From positions 1,184,001 through 1,248,000 of the forward strand of contig OZ245366.1 of assembly GCA_965226585.1 (NCBI GenBank): a DNA stretch of 64,000 bases, given 5' to 3'. Shown in pieces: positions 32,401-41,100 of this stretch (its first letter is position 1; every line of letters starts with the position of its first letter). The notes beneath the pieces are model-generated. The model was not told the DNA's origin. It ran no database searches and saw only the letters and a program-made list of their open reading frames with translations. This DNA comes from Thermodesulfobacteriota bacterium. GTDB taxonomy: Bacteria; Desulfobacterota_D; UBA1144; Nemesobacterales; Mycalebacteriaceae. The translations under genes were made by a program, and so were the position numbers.

Positions 32401-35400
32401 CGCGTATGCACCCGCGCCGCCGTTAGTCCAAACTTTCGCCCCGCCGGACACATTCACGGTTGCCGCCCTTATGGCTGAAATTCCAGTTCCGTTGCTCCAA
32501 ACTTTCACCCCGCTGACGGTTGCCGTTCCCGTTGCCTTTATGGTTGTCGCATCGGCTCCGGTTCCGGTTGTCCAAACTTCTCCGTCTGCGTCAGACGAGG
32601 TTATAAGCACATCTCCCGATTCTCCCGCAGAGATTGCCGATGAGTTATCGCCTTCCGCCCAAACCTTTCCGCCGCCGGAAACATTCACCGTGTCTGCAAC
32701 TACCGCGTTGCTTGTCGCCCCGTTGCTCCACACATTCGCGCTGTTCCAGATATTAACGGTTGTCGCAGTGATGGTGTCAGTTGTGTCGCCTTCCGTCCAG
32801 ACCTGAGTGTCCGCGCCGTTGACTGTTGCCGTTGTTGCCGAAACCGCCTGACTTCCCGCGCCGCTTGCCCACACTTTCAAGCCGTCATTGATATATGCCG
32901 TTGTTCCTTTTACTGTTGAAACGCCGTCAACTGTTGTCCACATCTGTCCCGTTCCGTCTGCTGATACTATGTTGACCGTTCCCGAAACTCCCGCAGAAAC
33001 CGCAGAACTTGTCGCGCCTTCCGCCCAAACCCTTCCTTCGCCGGAAATATTCAAAGTTTCCGCAACTACCGTGTTGCTTGTGTCGCCACTGCTCCAAACC
33101 TGCGCGCTGTTCCAGATATTGACGGTTGTCGCAACTATGGTGTCGGCTGTGTCGCCTTCCGTCCAGACCAGAGTGTCCGCGCTGTTGACTGTTGCCGTTG
33201 TTGCCGAAACCGCCTGACTTCCCGCGCCGTTTGCCCACACTTTCAAGCCGTCATTGATATATGCCGTTGTTCCTTTTACTGTTGAAACGCCGTCAACTGT
33301 TGTCCACATCTGTCCCGTTCCGTCTGCTGATACTATGTTGACCGTTCCCGAAACTCCCGCAGAAACCGCAGAACTGCCCGTGCCTTCCGCCCAAACCTTT
33401 CCTTCGCCGGAAATATTCAAAGTTTCCGCAACTACCGTGTTGCTTGTGTCGCCACTGCTCCAAGCCTGCGCGCTATTCCAGATATTGACGGTTGTCGCAA
33501 CTATGGTGTCGGCTGTGTCGGCTTCCGTCCAGATTTGAGTGTCCGCGCCGTTGACTGTTGCCGTTGTTGCCGAAACCGCCTGACTTCCCATTCCATTTGC
33601 CCACACTTTCAAGCCGTCATTGATATATGCCGTTGTTCCTTTTACTGTTGAAACGCCGTCAACTGTTGTCCACATCTGTCCCGTTCCGTCTGCTGATACT
33701 ATGTTGACCGTTCCCGAAGTTCCCGCAGAAACCGCAGAACTGCCCGTGCCTTCCGCCCAAACCTTTCCTTCGCCGGAAATATTCAAAGTTTCCGTAACTA
33801 CCGCGTTGCTTGTCGCCCCGTTGCTCCACACATTCGTGCCATTAACTGTTACGGCGGTTATTGCCGTAACCGCATTGCTTGTGTCGCCGTTTGACCACAC
33901 TTGCGCGTCGTTCCAGATATTGACGGTTGTCGCAGAGATGGTGTCGGCTGTGCCGCCTTCGCTTGTCCAGACCTGAGTGCCCGCGCCGTTGACTGTTGCC
34001 GTTGTTGCCGCAACCGCCCGGCTTCCCGCGCCGTTTGCCCAAACTTTCAAGCCGTCATTGATATATGCCGTTGTTCCTTTTACTGTTGAAGAGCTGTTAC
34101 CTGTTGTCCACATCTGTCCCGTTGCGTCATCCGCCACTATGTTGACCGCTCCTGAAGTTCCCGCAGAAACCGCAGAACTTGTCGCGCCTTCCGCCCAAAC
34201 CTTTCCGCCGCCGGAAATATTCAAAGTTTCCGCAACTGCCGTGTTGCTTGTCGCCCCGTTGCTCCAAACATTCGTGCCATTGACCACAACAGTTCTTGCC
34301 GTAACTGCGTTGCTTGTTACGCCGTTTGACCATACTGTTGAGCCCGTTGTTATATCCACGTCTCCCGCCGTTCTGATTGTTGTCGCTTGCGTTCCGTCTG
34401 ACCAAACTTTCGCGCCGGTCTTGATATTCACATCTCCGCCGGCGGCAATCGCGTTTGATTGCGAGCCGCTCGCGCCCACTATCCCGCCGTTGACTAAAAC
34501 GGTTGTTGCTGAAACGGCGTTGCCTCCTGCGCTGTCAGTCAAAACTGAGGCTCCGTCATGAACTGACACGGTTATTGCCTTAACGGTTGACGCATTGGTT
34601 CCGCCGCCCGTCCAAATCTCTCCCATTCCGTCTGATGAAACGATGGTTACACTTGCCGAAGTTCCCCCCGTAACCGCAGACGAGTTCGCGCCGCCAGCCC
34701 AGATTCTTGCCCCGCCGGACACATTCACGGTTGCCGCCCTTACGGTTATGGCTCCAACCCCGTTGCTCCCGACTTGCGCCTTGTGGACTTTCACCGTTGC
34801 CGCTTCCGTTATCGTTTCCGTTGCGGCTCCGTCCGTCCAAATCTCTCCCATTCCGTCAGATGAAAATATGTTTATAACTGCCGCCGTTCCCGCGTTCACC
34901 GCGTATGCTCCCGCGCCGTTTGCCCACACTCTCGCCCCGCCGGACACATTCACGGTTGACGTATTTATGGTTGAGGCTCCGGTGCCATTGCTCCAAACCT
35001 GCGCCCCGTTCACCACCACAGTTGCCGCTTCCGTTATCGTTGCCTTGCTGTCTCCGTCCGTCCAAATCTCTCCGGTTCCGTCTGATGAAAGAATGGTTAC
35101 AACTTCCGCCGTTCCCGCATTCACCGCATATGCCCCCGCGCCGTTTGACCAAACTTTCGCCCCTTGTGACACATTCACGGTTGCCGCCCTTATGGCTGAG
35201 GCTCCAACCCCGTTGCTCCAAACCTGCGCCCCGTTCACCACCACCGTTGCCGCTTCCGTTATCGTTGCCTTGCTGTCTCCGTCCGTCCAAATCTCTCCAG
35301 TTCCGTCTGATGAAAGGATGGTTACAACTTCCGCCGTTCCCGCGTTCACCGCGTATGCCCCCGCGCCGCCGTTAGTCCAAACTTTCGCCCCGCCGGACAC

Positions 35401-37761
35401 ATTCACGGTTGCCGCCCTTATGGCTGAAATTCCAGTTCCGTTGCTCCAAACTTCCACCCCGCTGACAGTTACCGTTCCCGTTGCCTTTATGGTTGACGCA
35501 TCGGCTCCGGTTCCGGTTGTCCAAACCTCTCCGTCTCCGTCAGACGAGGTTATAAGCACATTTCCCGATTCTCCCGCAGAGATTGCCGATGAGTTATCGC
35601 CTTCCGCCCAAACCTTCCCGCCGCCGGAAACATTCACCGTGTCTGCAACTATGGTGTCGGTTGTGCCGCCTTCCGTCCAGACTTGAGTGCCCGCGCCGTT
35701 GACTGTTGCGGTTTCTGCCGCAACCGCCTGACTTCCCGCGCCGTTTGCCCAAACTTTTACGCCGTCATTGATATATGCCGTTGTCGCTTTTACTGTTGAA
35801 ACGCCGTCAACTGTTGTCCAAACCTCTCCCGTTGCGTCATCCGCCACTATGTTGACCGTTCCTGAACTTCCCGCAGAAACCGCAGAACTTGTCGCGCCGT
35901 TTGCCCAAACCTTTCCACCGCCGGAAACATTCAAAGTTTCCGTAACTACCGTGTTGCTTGTGTCGCCGCTACTCCAAACCTGCGCGTCATTAACTGTTAC
36001 GGTTGTTGCCGTAACCGCATTGCTTGTTACGCCGTTTGCCCAAACCTTCGCTTCGTTCCAGATATTGACGGTTGTCGCAACTATGGTGTCGGTTGTGCCG
36101 CCTTCGCTTGTCCAGACCTGAGTGTCCGTGCCGTTGACTGTTGCCGTTGTCGCCGAAACCGCCTGACTTCCCGCTCCGTTTGCCCATACTTTTACGCCGT
36201 CATTGATATACGCCGTTGTTCCTTTTACTGTTGAAACGCCGCCAACCGTTGTCCAAACCTGTCCCGTTGCGTCATCCGCCACTATGTTGACCGTTCCCGA
36301 AGTTCCCGCAGAAACCGCAGAACTTCCCGCGCCGTTTGCCCAAACCTTTCCACCGTTTGAAACATTCAAAGTTTCCGTAACTATAGAGTTGCTTGTGTCG
36401 CCTTCCGTCCACACTTCAGAGCCGTTGACCACAACAGTTGTTGCTGAAATGGCGTTGGCTGTCGCTCCGGTAGCCCGCACTTTTGAGGCGTTCCACACAT
36501 TCACCGCGCCAGTTGTTGAGATCGTGGTGGCTTCCGTTTTGTTCGTCCACACATCCGCGCCGCTGACATCAACATCACCGGTCGCCAAAATCGCGAAATC
36601 CGAATCATTGCCGCCAATATCTGCGTCCACAACATTCACCGTTGACGCATTAATTGCCGCAAATCCGCCTTCCGTCCAGACGGAAAGACCGTCCGCTTCT
36701 CCCGCCACTACTGACAGGGTTCCCGTGGTTGAAGCTTCAATGGCAATACTTCCGGCTTCATCCGCAAAGATAGCCGAACCGCCGTTTCCGCCTATGTTTA
36801 TGTCTCCGCCGCTTGTGGATGTTGCTATAATGCCGTTCCCGCCTTCAGTGGATCCGCCGCCTCTTCCATAGACAACTCCGTTTGCGAGAGCAAGGTCAAT
36901 ATTTCCGCTAACCGTGTTGGCTATGATGCCGTCTTTACCAACTATGCAGGAAAGGTCGTTCGCAACTGTTATGTCTATCTTTCCCGCGCCCCCGGTGGAT
37001 GCCGCCAAGCCGTAAGACTCTCCCACGGATGAGGCGAAAATTGCCGCGCTGTCTATAAGTTCAACTGTTATGTTTCCGCTTGTGGATGTGAGTGTCGCGC
37101 CTTTGGTGTCTCTAACTGTGTATTCCTTGCCTGAGCCACTTCTGGCTCCATACAGATGGATTGCCGAATATATCCCGTTAAATGAAAGTTCAATATCTCC
37201 GCCTACTGTGTTTGCTATAAGACCGTTTGTGCCTTGTTTGTCTGAAACGATTAGTCCCTGATTGGAGAAGTCCGCGACCACTTTTCCGCCTTCGCTTGAC
37301 GCGACAATTCCGGTTCCGCCATCTCCCTCAATTTTAATTTTTGAGTGGTTGTGAATGTCTATATTCACATCGCCCGTTCCGGCTGTGATGGTAGCAACGT
37401 TTCCGCCGGTTCCGCTTTTGGCGGTGTACGACTCATCATCGGTTCGGAAGGCAGCGGCAGTCGCGCCGCCGATAACTACTGTGTCTCCGCCGTCTGTTTG
37501 GATTGTTGCAACATTTGCATCGTAAGAAGTAAAGGCGGCAGACCCTGTGGCGGAGTTGACTGTAACAACGGGGTTGTTCGTAACAGAGTCAGGCACCCCG
37601 CCTGAGATGTTAAGCGCGGCGTCTCCTGTTGTGGAGGTACAGTCAAACGCGGTTCCGGCGGTTGGGGTTACATCGCCGCAATCTGTTTGTGCATGGGAGT
37701 TTTGCGGCGCAAAAGCAAACAAAATTGCGAACAGAAAGATGATGGTTAATTTTCTGTGCAT
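26497..37761 (-). CDS. Giant autotransporter adhesin-like protein AT4 (about 3754 aa)
   Basis: ATG 37761 with AGGGA upstream gives the signal peptide MHRKLTIIFLFAILFAFAPQNSHA/QTDC. It has many VWxxG repeats and a barrel ending GGVNYRF. Alternative start at 37797. Confidence 0.92.
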   Translation of the reverse strand: MHRKLTIIFLFAILFAFAPQNSHAQTDCGDVTPTAGTAFDCTSTTGDAALNISGGVPDSVTNNPVVTVNSATGSAAFTSYDANVATIQTDGGDTVVIGGATAAAFRTDDESYTAKSGTGGNVATITAGTGDVNIDIHNHSKIKIEGDGGTGIVASSEGGKVVADFSNQGLIVSDKQGTNGLIANTVGGDIELSFNGIYSAIHLYGARSGSGKEYTVRDTKGATLTSTSGNITVELIDSAAIFASSVGESYGLAASTGGAGKIDITVANDLSCIVGKDGIIANTVSGNIDLALANGVVYGRGGGSTEGGNGIIATSTSGGDINIGGNGGSAIFADEAGSIAIEASTTGTLSVVAGEADGLSVWTEGGFAAINASTVNVVDADIGGNDSDFAILATGDVDVSGADVWTNKTEATTISTTGAVNVWNASKVRATGATANAISATTVVVNGSEVWTEGDTSNSIVTETLNVSNGGKVWANGAGSSAVSAGTSGTVNIVADDATGQVWTTVGGVSTVKGTTAYINDGVKVWANGAGSQAVSATTATVNGTDTQVWTSEGGTTDTIVATTVNIWNEAKVWANGVTSNAVTATTVTVNDAQVWSSGDTSNTVVTETLNVSGGGKVWANGATSSAVSAGSSGTVNIVADDATGEVWTTVDGVSTVKATTAYINDGVKVWANGAGSQAVAAETATVNGAGTQVWTEGGTTDTIVADTVNVSGGGKVWAEGDNSSAISAGESGNVLITSSDGDGEVWTTGTGADASTIKATGTVTVSGVEVWSNGTGISAIRAATVNVSGGAKVWTNGGAGAYAVNAGTAEVVTILSSDGTGEIWTDGDSKATITEAATVVVNGAQVWSNGVGASAIRAATVNVSQGAKVWSNGAGAYAVNAGTAEVVTILSSDGTGEIWTDGDSKATITEAATVVVNGAQVWSNGTGASTINTSTVNVSGGARVWANGAGAYAVNAGTAAVINIFSSDGMGEIWTDGAATETITEAATVKVHKAQVGSNGVGAITVRAATVNVSGGARIWAGGANSSAVTGGTSASVTIVSSDGMGEIWTGGGTNASTVKAITVSVHDGASVLTDSAGGNAVSATTVLVNGGIVGASGSQSNAIAAGGDVNIKTGAKVWSDGTQATTIRTAGDVDITTGSTVWSNGVTSNAVTARTVVVNGTNVWSNGATSNTAVAETLNISGGGKVWAEGATSSAVSAGTSGAVNIVADDATGQMWTTGNSSSTVKGTTAYINDGLKVWANGAGSRAVAATTATVNGAGTQVWTSEGGTADTISATTVNIWNDAQVWSNGDTSNAVTAITAVTVNGTNVWSNGATSNAVVTETLNISGEGKVWAEGTGSSAVSAGTSGTVNIVSADGTGQMWTTVDGVSTVKGTTAYINDGLKVWANGMGSQAVSATTATVNGADTQIWTEADTADTIVATTVNIWNSAQAWSSGDTSNTVVAETLNISGEGKVWAEGTGSSAVSAGVSGTVNIVSADGTGQMWTTVDGVSTVKGTTAYINDGLKVWANGAGSQAVSATTATVNSADTLVWTEGDTADTIVATTVNIWNSAQVWSSGDTSNTVVAETLNISGEGRVWAEGATSSAVSAGVSGTVNIVSADGTGQMWTTVDGVSTVKGTTAYINDGLKVWASGAGSQAVSATTATVNGADTQVWTEGDTTDTITATTVNIWNSANVWSNGATSNAVVADTVNVSGGGKVWAEGDNSSAISAGESGDVLITSSDADGEVWTTGTGADATTIKATGTATVSGVKVWSNGTGISAIRAATVNVSGGAKVWTNGGAGAYAVDAGTAEVVTILSSDGMGEIWTHGDSKATITEAATVVVNGAQVWSNGTGASTINTATVNVSGGARVWANGAGAYAVNAGTAAVINIFSSDGMGEIWTDGAATETITEAATVKVHKAKVGSNGVGAITVRAATVNVSGGARIWAGGANSSAVTGGTSASVTIVSSDGMGEIWTGGGTNASTVKATTVSVHDGASVLTDSAGGNAVSATTVLVNGGTVGASGDKSNAIAAGGDVNIKTGAKVWSDGTQAATIRTPGDVDITDSTVWSNGFISIAVSAGGSVNVNNSEVYSQGSSGADAISTTKGVTITRSRVHTNGTRSTAIVAGQLIANQSDIWKTLAGEMIQVTNDTVRMEIYDTNIVANGAGVPILMEATAGSGAMSVLFSNTLVRTLASFNVIKMSAGGSTTVGIYNGTWIQRAQQRGAIAVNAASSGSTTITVDSSAVNTSAGSNAIRAFAGTGTARMDMTGTAVVNTAALPSSTPATIEEGGTGVRIHSGSSFAILSMKDSSSIFTNGGKKSGVHLSSNRVMPTGTKGAQGITVTLEDSAFIGAVGIGANALFMEADAGSGTEGANLSIKENAKIFVEQTGNAVVIRTNGAANVSVAGSAQIYAAAGSSGALDITSNYTRDDVRPVDVTVKGTARVFTNGADSNVIITNSTAPLGFALARPASVISVEGSAQVYAVGTGSKVISHFHRISQTSFNLNITDSARVFANGAGSSVINIDETYTGAARSGISFGVSLDGTARAYAGGTGSAVVRADMDDGTGFTLSMKDDSLIEAAGMSDAVDVKMNIGSIRVNLEDRARIKVGGGASNAVRAEAKTTGTRGGTETSFLLTASGDSRIEAGGDLSRGIVSEMVNGETKIIISDKAKVSFSSKHGYTIRALSLDGDIGLYINGAAAAAGAAVGNPDSAYVSSGQSNTNTVRLQSRNGVITVSLKGGAQVVAGQPQYGSAAKGIYANSADGDINITLADTSQVTMRGHFLADAITTGTRGGNVTLSMSGSARLSIQTDRSSAFSAVTDFGKININIGGSAKVWATRHSSTALGADSLSETVTATISGGAQVWTEARDSTAVALQLHAQSGTPLTFTLGTDTAHRARVWTNGTGSTAVRLGTLGPNPKASDVVYSQNSNTTVSAAGADSYGVLISARKGNIGFDVRGDLFVTGDRSTAFHAQVVDGGSVRGNIVSTRGVGLSGFDNRFHAHGHDSKFVSVLTESGALARVDFHHRRTQNQDANNQIVQLNGDRAVGITANGGRVGDAVVNIGATMGLNLTGAGAIGILARSATNKFVAGGVREHANVIMERGSFVKVSQSSSTAIKAQTSDGGILVHIKGGFVYAPGATAVNLVAEARVQPSLRPAVSRKIIMELASTGQGGIHGHISGTSHIDQIYVNGLSGSSIIAFTGSGDLGRGADIVSIKNAGWRFTGTFAMGDGDDTLSLSGASYSGTGCFSSVELGGHTSSLCASRRRSASSGGDGRFRLGSAEPVEVVETEPESAFILLDFGEGEDSFMFDGTWEVDRGTSMNGLEKMTFGENATLVIMADPESVAGDPLIDLEGTITAEDIEGFNVEVDVPGTHVTEYTIFEAEALPDGEERQKVADRLSAAAGEMVSVETDGDGNLFLRATSHKDTSLDVYDALIQSAYRSDRNFADKLARGCGTGGAASDEMGGDFWTGCVWATSGGRYTRHTSAIQYDEDVYSFTGGVSAPFSGVLVSVAGGYEISTIDASAETAFDEDTRGLAKAGGDATRFMGGIFAEGVIDEFVVDGNLRYAGTSWEATRTADGDSYSADVDATVFGGAIAVTKPFLSGKFALLPRLELGASYITADKFVENSLAVDDPDTDSVNEETAADMDKFYVEDTSELLVYVNPSIEARSPVSEMLSMWMRAGADVQVLNPESEIEGRLIRDGANDGDPDVPENVLRDGTMDRVMFTYSAGMEYNPYDSLNISIEYGGGTSASFNTFVQQFRGGVNYRF
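31625..36420. repeat. Intragenic duplications in AT4: 366-bp tandem units and a >1 kb block duplicated at 2724-bp offset
   Basis: Near-identical shadow ORFs start at 32888/33254/33620 (366-bp spacing) and at 31871/34595, 31856/34580 and 32181/34905 (2724-bp offset). Boundaries are approximate. Confidence 0.9.
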
Positions 37762-37821
37762 TAAGGGTTCCCTAGAGGCGTTTAGGCATTCATACATCTA
37801 CCGTGAGGGGTTAATCTTGGA

Positions 37822-37849
37822 ATTGTATTGTCTTGGGGTTTTTTGTCAA
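37822..37849 (-). promoter_or_regulatory. Putative sigma70 promoter of AT4
   Basis: TTGACA-16 bp-TACAAT, homologous to the AT3 promoter. Confidence 0.7.
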
Positions 37850-37884
37850 ATGGGGGGGTAGAAAGGGGTTTTTTGCCTTCTATT

Positions 37885-38110
37885 CCGTCATTCCGTGCCT
37901 GACACTTCCCTCCCCCACCCCGTCATTCCGTGCTTGACACTTCCCCCCCCGTCATTCCTGCGAAAGCAGGAATCCAGTATTAGTTAACCAGTTGAATACT
38001 GGATTCCGTGTCAAGCACGGAATGACGGAAAAAAGACAATCAACGGAATGACGGAAGGGGGGCAGGCAAGGCACAATGACGGAAGGGGGGCAGGCAAAGC
38101 AATGACGGAG
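37885..38110. repeat. Repeat cluster with one doublet (37950-38027) and partial units
   Basis: Two truncated CGTCATTCCGTGCYTGACAC units, a full doublet, and AATGACGGA tails. Confidence 0.93.
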
Positions 38111-38150
38111 GGGGCGGGAATGGCGGGTTGCCTTTCCCGCCGTTACCCAA

Positions 38151-41100
38151 TCAAAACGCTATGTTAACGCTTCCCTTAACCTCATTCACAAGAGTGTCGC
38201 CCCAGAAGCCGCCGAAACCGCCGCCGTAATCCAGTTTGAACTCAAACCTGCGGCTCTCTCCGGCTATCCAGCTTACCCCTGCGCCGTAATCAAAGATTAT
38301 CGGGTCTATCGTTCCCTCTATGTCAAACTCCTCGTCTCTCAGGTCAGGGTCTGTTCCCGTCCACTCATTCTTGCCCCAGTCGCCGAGAAGGTCGGCTCCG
38401 GCGCGGAGATATCCGCTTATGTCGTTCACTCCACGTTTGTCCGGCGCGGGGTAGTGCAACTCAACCGAAGGATTGACATACGCCGTCAACTGACGCATTT
38501 CCCTTACCGTCATTCTTCCAAAAGAATCCACAGGTCCAATTTCGCTGAACTCGTTGATTGTGAAATATGCCGCGCCCAACTCAAGACGGGGAACAACCAC
38601 CGCGTCTAAAAAGTATATCGGCGCCTGAACAGCCGCTGAACCGGATGCCGTTCTTAAATCCGGCTTGGCTCTGTACACTTCCTCAAAATCGTTGTGACGG
38701 GTTGACTCCCACTCGGTGTGACCCACCTGCGCGCGCACATCAACATCAAGCAACCACCACACATTGCGGGTCGCGCTTATTCCCGCCATAAATCTGTCGC
38801 CCTCGCCTGAAGCCGCGAGACGCATTGACTGGTCGTAGTTGTCTCTCATACTGTCCGATGATGAAGACTCATATCCGGCGGCAACCGTTATCCGCACAAG
38901 GTCAAACGGCATCTGAACGCCCGCCGTGAACATTGATGAACTGTCATCGTATTTGTAGTTTGCCTCAAACGGATTAAAAGTGTCGTCTCCGTCATAATCG
39001 TAGTTTGTGTTCTGGCTTGTGAAACGCTGTCCGTAACTCGCCCAGACGCATCCGTCTCCGCCTTCCAGTTCGTATGACGCTCCCGTTCCGCACGCGCCCG
39101 TCAACTGTTTTCCAAATCCGCGTATTGAGTACCAGCCCGTCTGCACAAGCGGCTCATACGTCAGCAGGTCATTTCCGGTGAGCAGAGCGGTTAACAGAAT
39201 AATGTTCTTGGATGTTCTGTCTTGCACCGCGATTCCCTTGTCCAGAGCGAATGTCAACTTGTCCAGAACCGCTTGCAATACCGTTTTGTCCTCCGGCACG
39301 GATTCTGCGGTTATGAAGTGATAAAGCGGCAGAGCGTCATCTCCCGTTATTATTCCCGTATCTTCGTCTCCCTCACCGTCACCGTCCTCATCCTTGCCGA
39401 ATATTGACAGGTCATCTGCGGTTACCTTGTTGCAGTTCAGGTCATCAGCATCGCAGAAACTGAGAAGCGCTTTGTCCGGGTCTTCAGCGTCTTCCTGAGT
39501 TATTGCTTCCAGATTTATTGCTCCTTCCACAGAAAAACTGCCGAGTCCGGTGATAAGTCCGCCCTCAAAGATAAGGTCTTCCGCAACTATGAAGGTATCA
39601 ACTCCCGCGCCCAGTTCGTAGGTTTTGCCTTCTTCCACGGAGAAGTTTCCGGATTGGTATTGAAACTCGTCATTTCCCGCGCCCATATCAAAATCTCCGG
39701 TGAAGGTTCCGGTGTTTATAAAAATCTCCCGTCCCATGCCGCTTGTGAAGTCACCGATAACATTCCCCGTAGCCGCGATTGTGAACTCTGCTTCGCCCCC
39801 GCCATTTATGAAAACATCGCCGCTGAGATTTCCCGCAACCGATATAGGTGAAAAAGTTCCGCTTCCACTGCCCTTGTCAACACGCAAACTCGCAGTGCCT
39901 CCGCTTATGTTGGTGTATTCGTTCAGGGTAACGCTTGCGCCGCCGCCGTCCGCGAAGATGGATATCGCGTCTGCGGTCGTGTGGATTTCCGCCGTGTCAG
40001 AAGAGGTTCCTTCCACGGTAACCGTAACACTTCCGCCGCCTTCCGCTCTCGCGCTAATGGCGGTTGCCGTTGAAACCGCGCCTGCGGCGGTGTCGCTCCG
40101 CTCAACTCCGTTGATGTCTGAACCTCCGTCAACGACAACCTCAACACTTCCGCCGCCGGTTGTTACAACCGCGCTAACGGTGTTTCCTTCGCCCGAAGAC
40201 AGACTGTATCCGTTTATTCTCATTCCGCCGTCCACGCTGAATTCTATGTCTCCGTTCGTGGATTCAAGGTCTATGGGGAGGGATGACTCACTGTATCCGC
40301 TCCACACATGGGTTGAATCTCCCGCCAGTGTGGCTTCTATGTCTCCATCGACTGTGGTTATTTTCAATTGGTTGCCCAGCGCCGCCTCAAGTTGCGCGTC
40401 TGTAACGTTGAAGACCACATCTCCCGCCGCTGTTGTAAAGGTGAACAATGCTCCGGCGGCGGTGTCTCCCTGAAGCACATCCGAGGCGAGGTTGACGCCT
40501 ATGCCGCCGTTCGGGCCCGAAGAGATGGCGGTGATGAAGTCGTTCAAGCCCATTTGCAAAGGATTTATCCCGCCCGTTAGGTCCATGCTTACGGTTCCGT
40601 CAAACGTGGTTGCGAGAATTCCGGAGCCGTTGAATGTTCCGCCTTCAACAACATTGAAGGATATGTCTCCGGTAAAACTTTGCATATATCCCCCGCTTGC
40701 CGCGCCTCCGAGGTCAGTCATGTGGAGAACCGCGTCTGCTCCGTTCACCTGAACATGAATATCTCCGGATCCACCCGTGGGCGCTCCTCCTCCCTGCGGG
40801 AAATTTAGAGGACTTGCCAGAAAGAAAGGTCTTGAGCGTCTCGCGTCCACATACGAGTTGATGTTAAGTCTCACATCTCCCGCGCCTGTTTCCGCACGCA
40901 CAAAAGTAGCCGTTGGATCAATCGTGCCGGTTGCTTCTCTTGTTGAGTCGAAAGTTATGGTTATGTTTCCATCTCCGTCAGTTCCTGACGTGGTTGTCGC
41001 ATTAATACCACTCCACGCCGCAGTGTCTTGTGCTCTGCCGAGTTGCGCGCCTCCGCTCACAGTTATGGTTATGTCTCCGCTTGCGGATTCCGCTTTCAAG

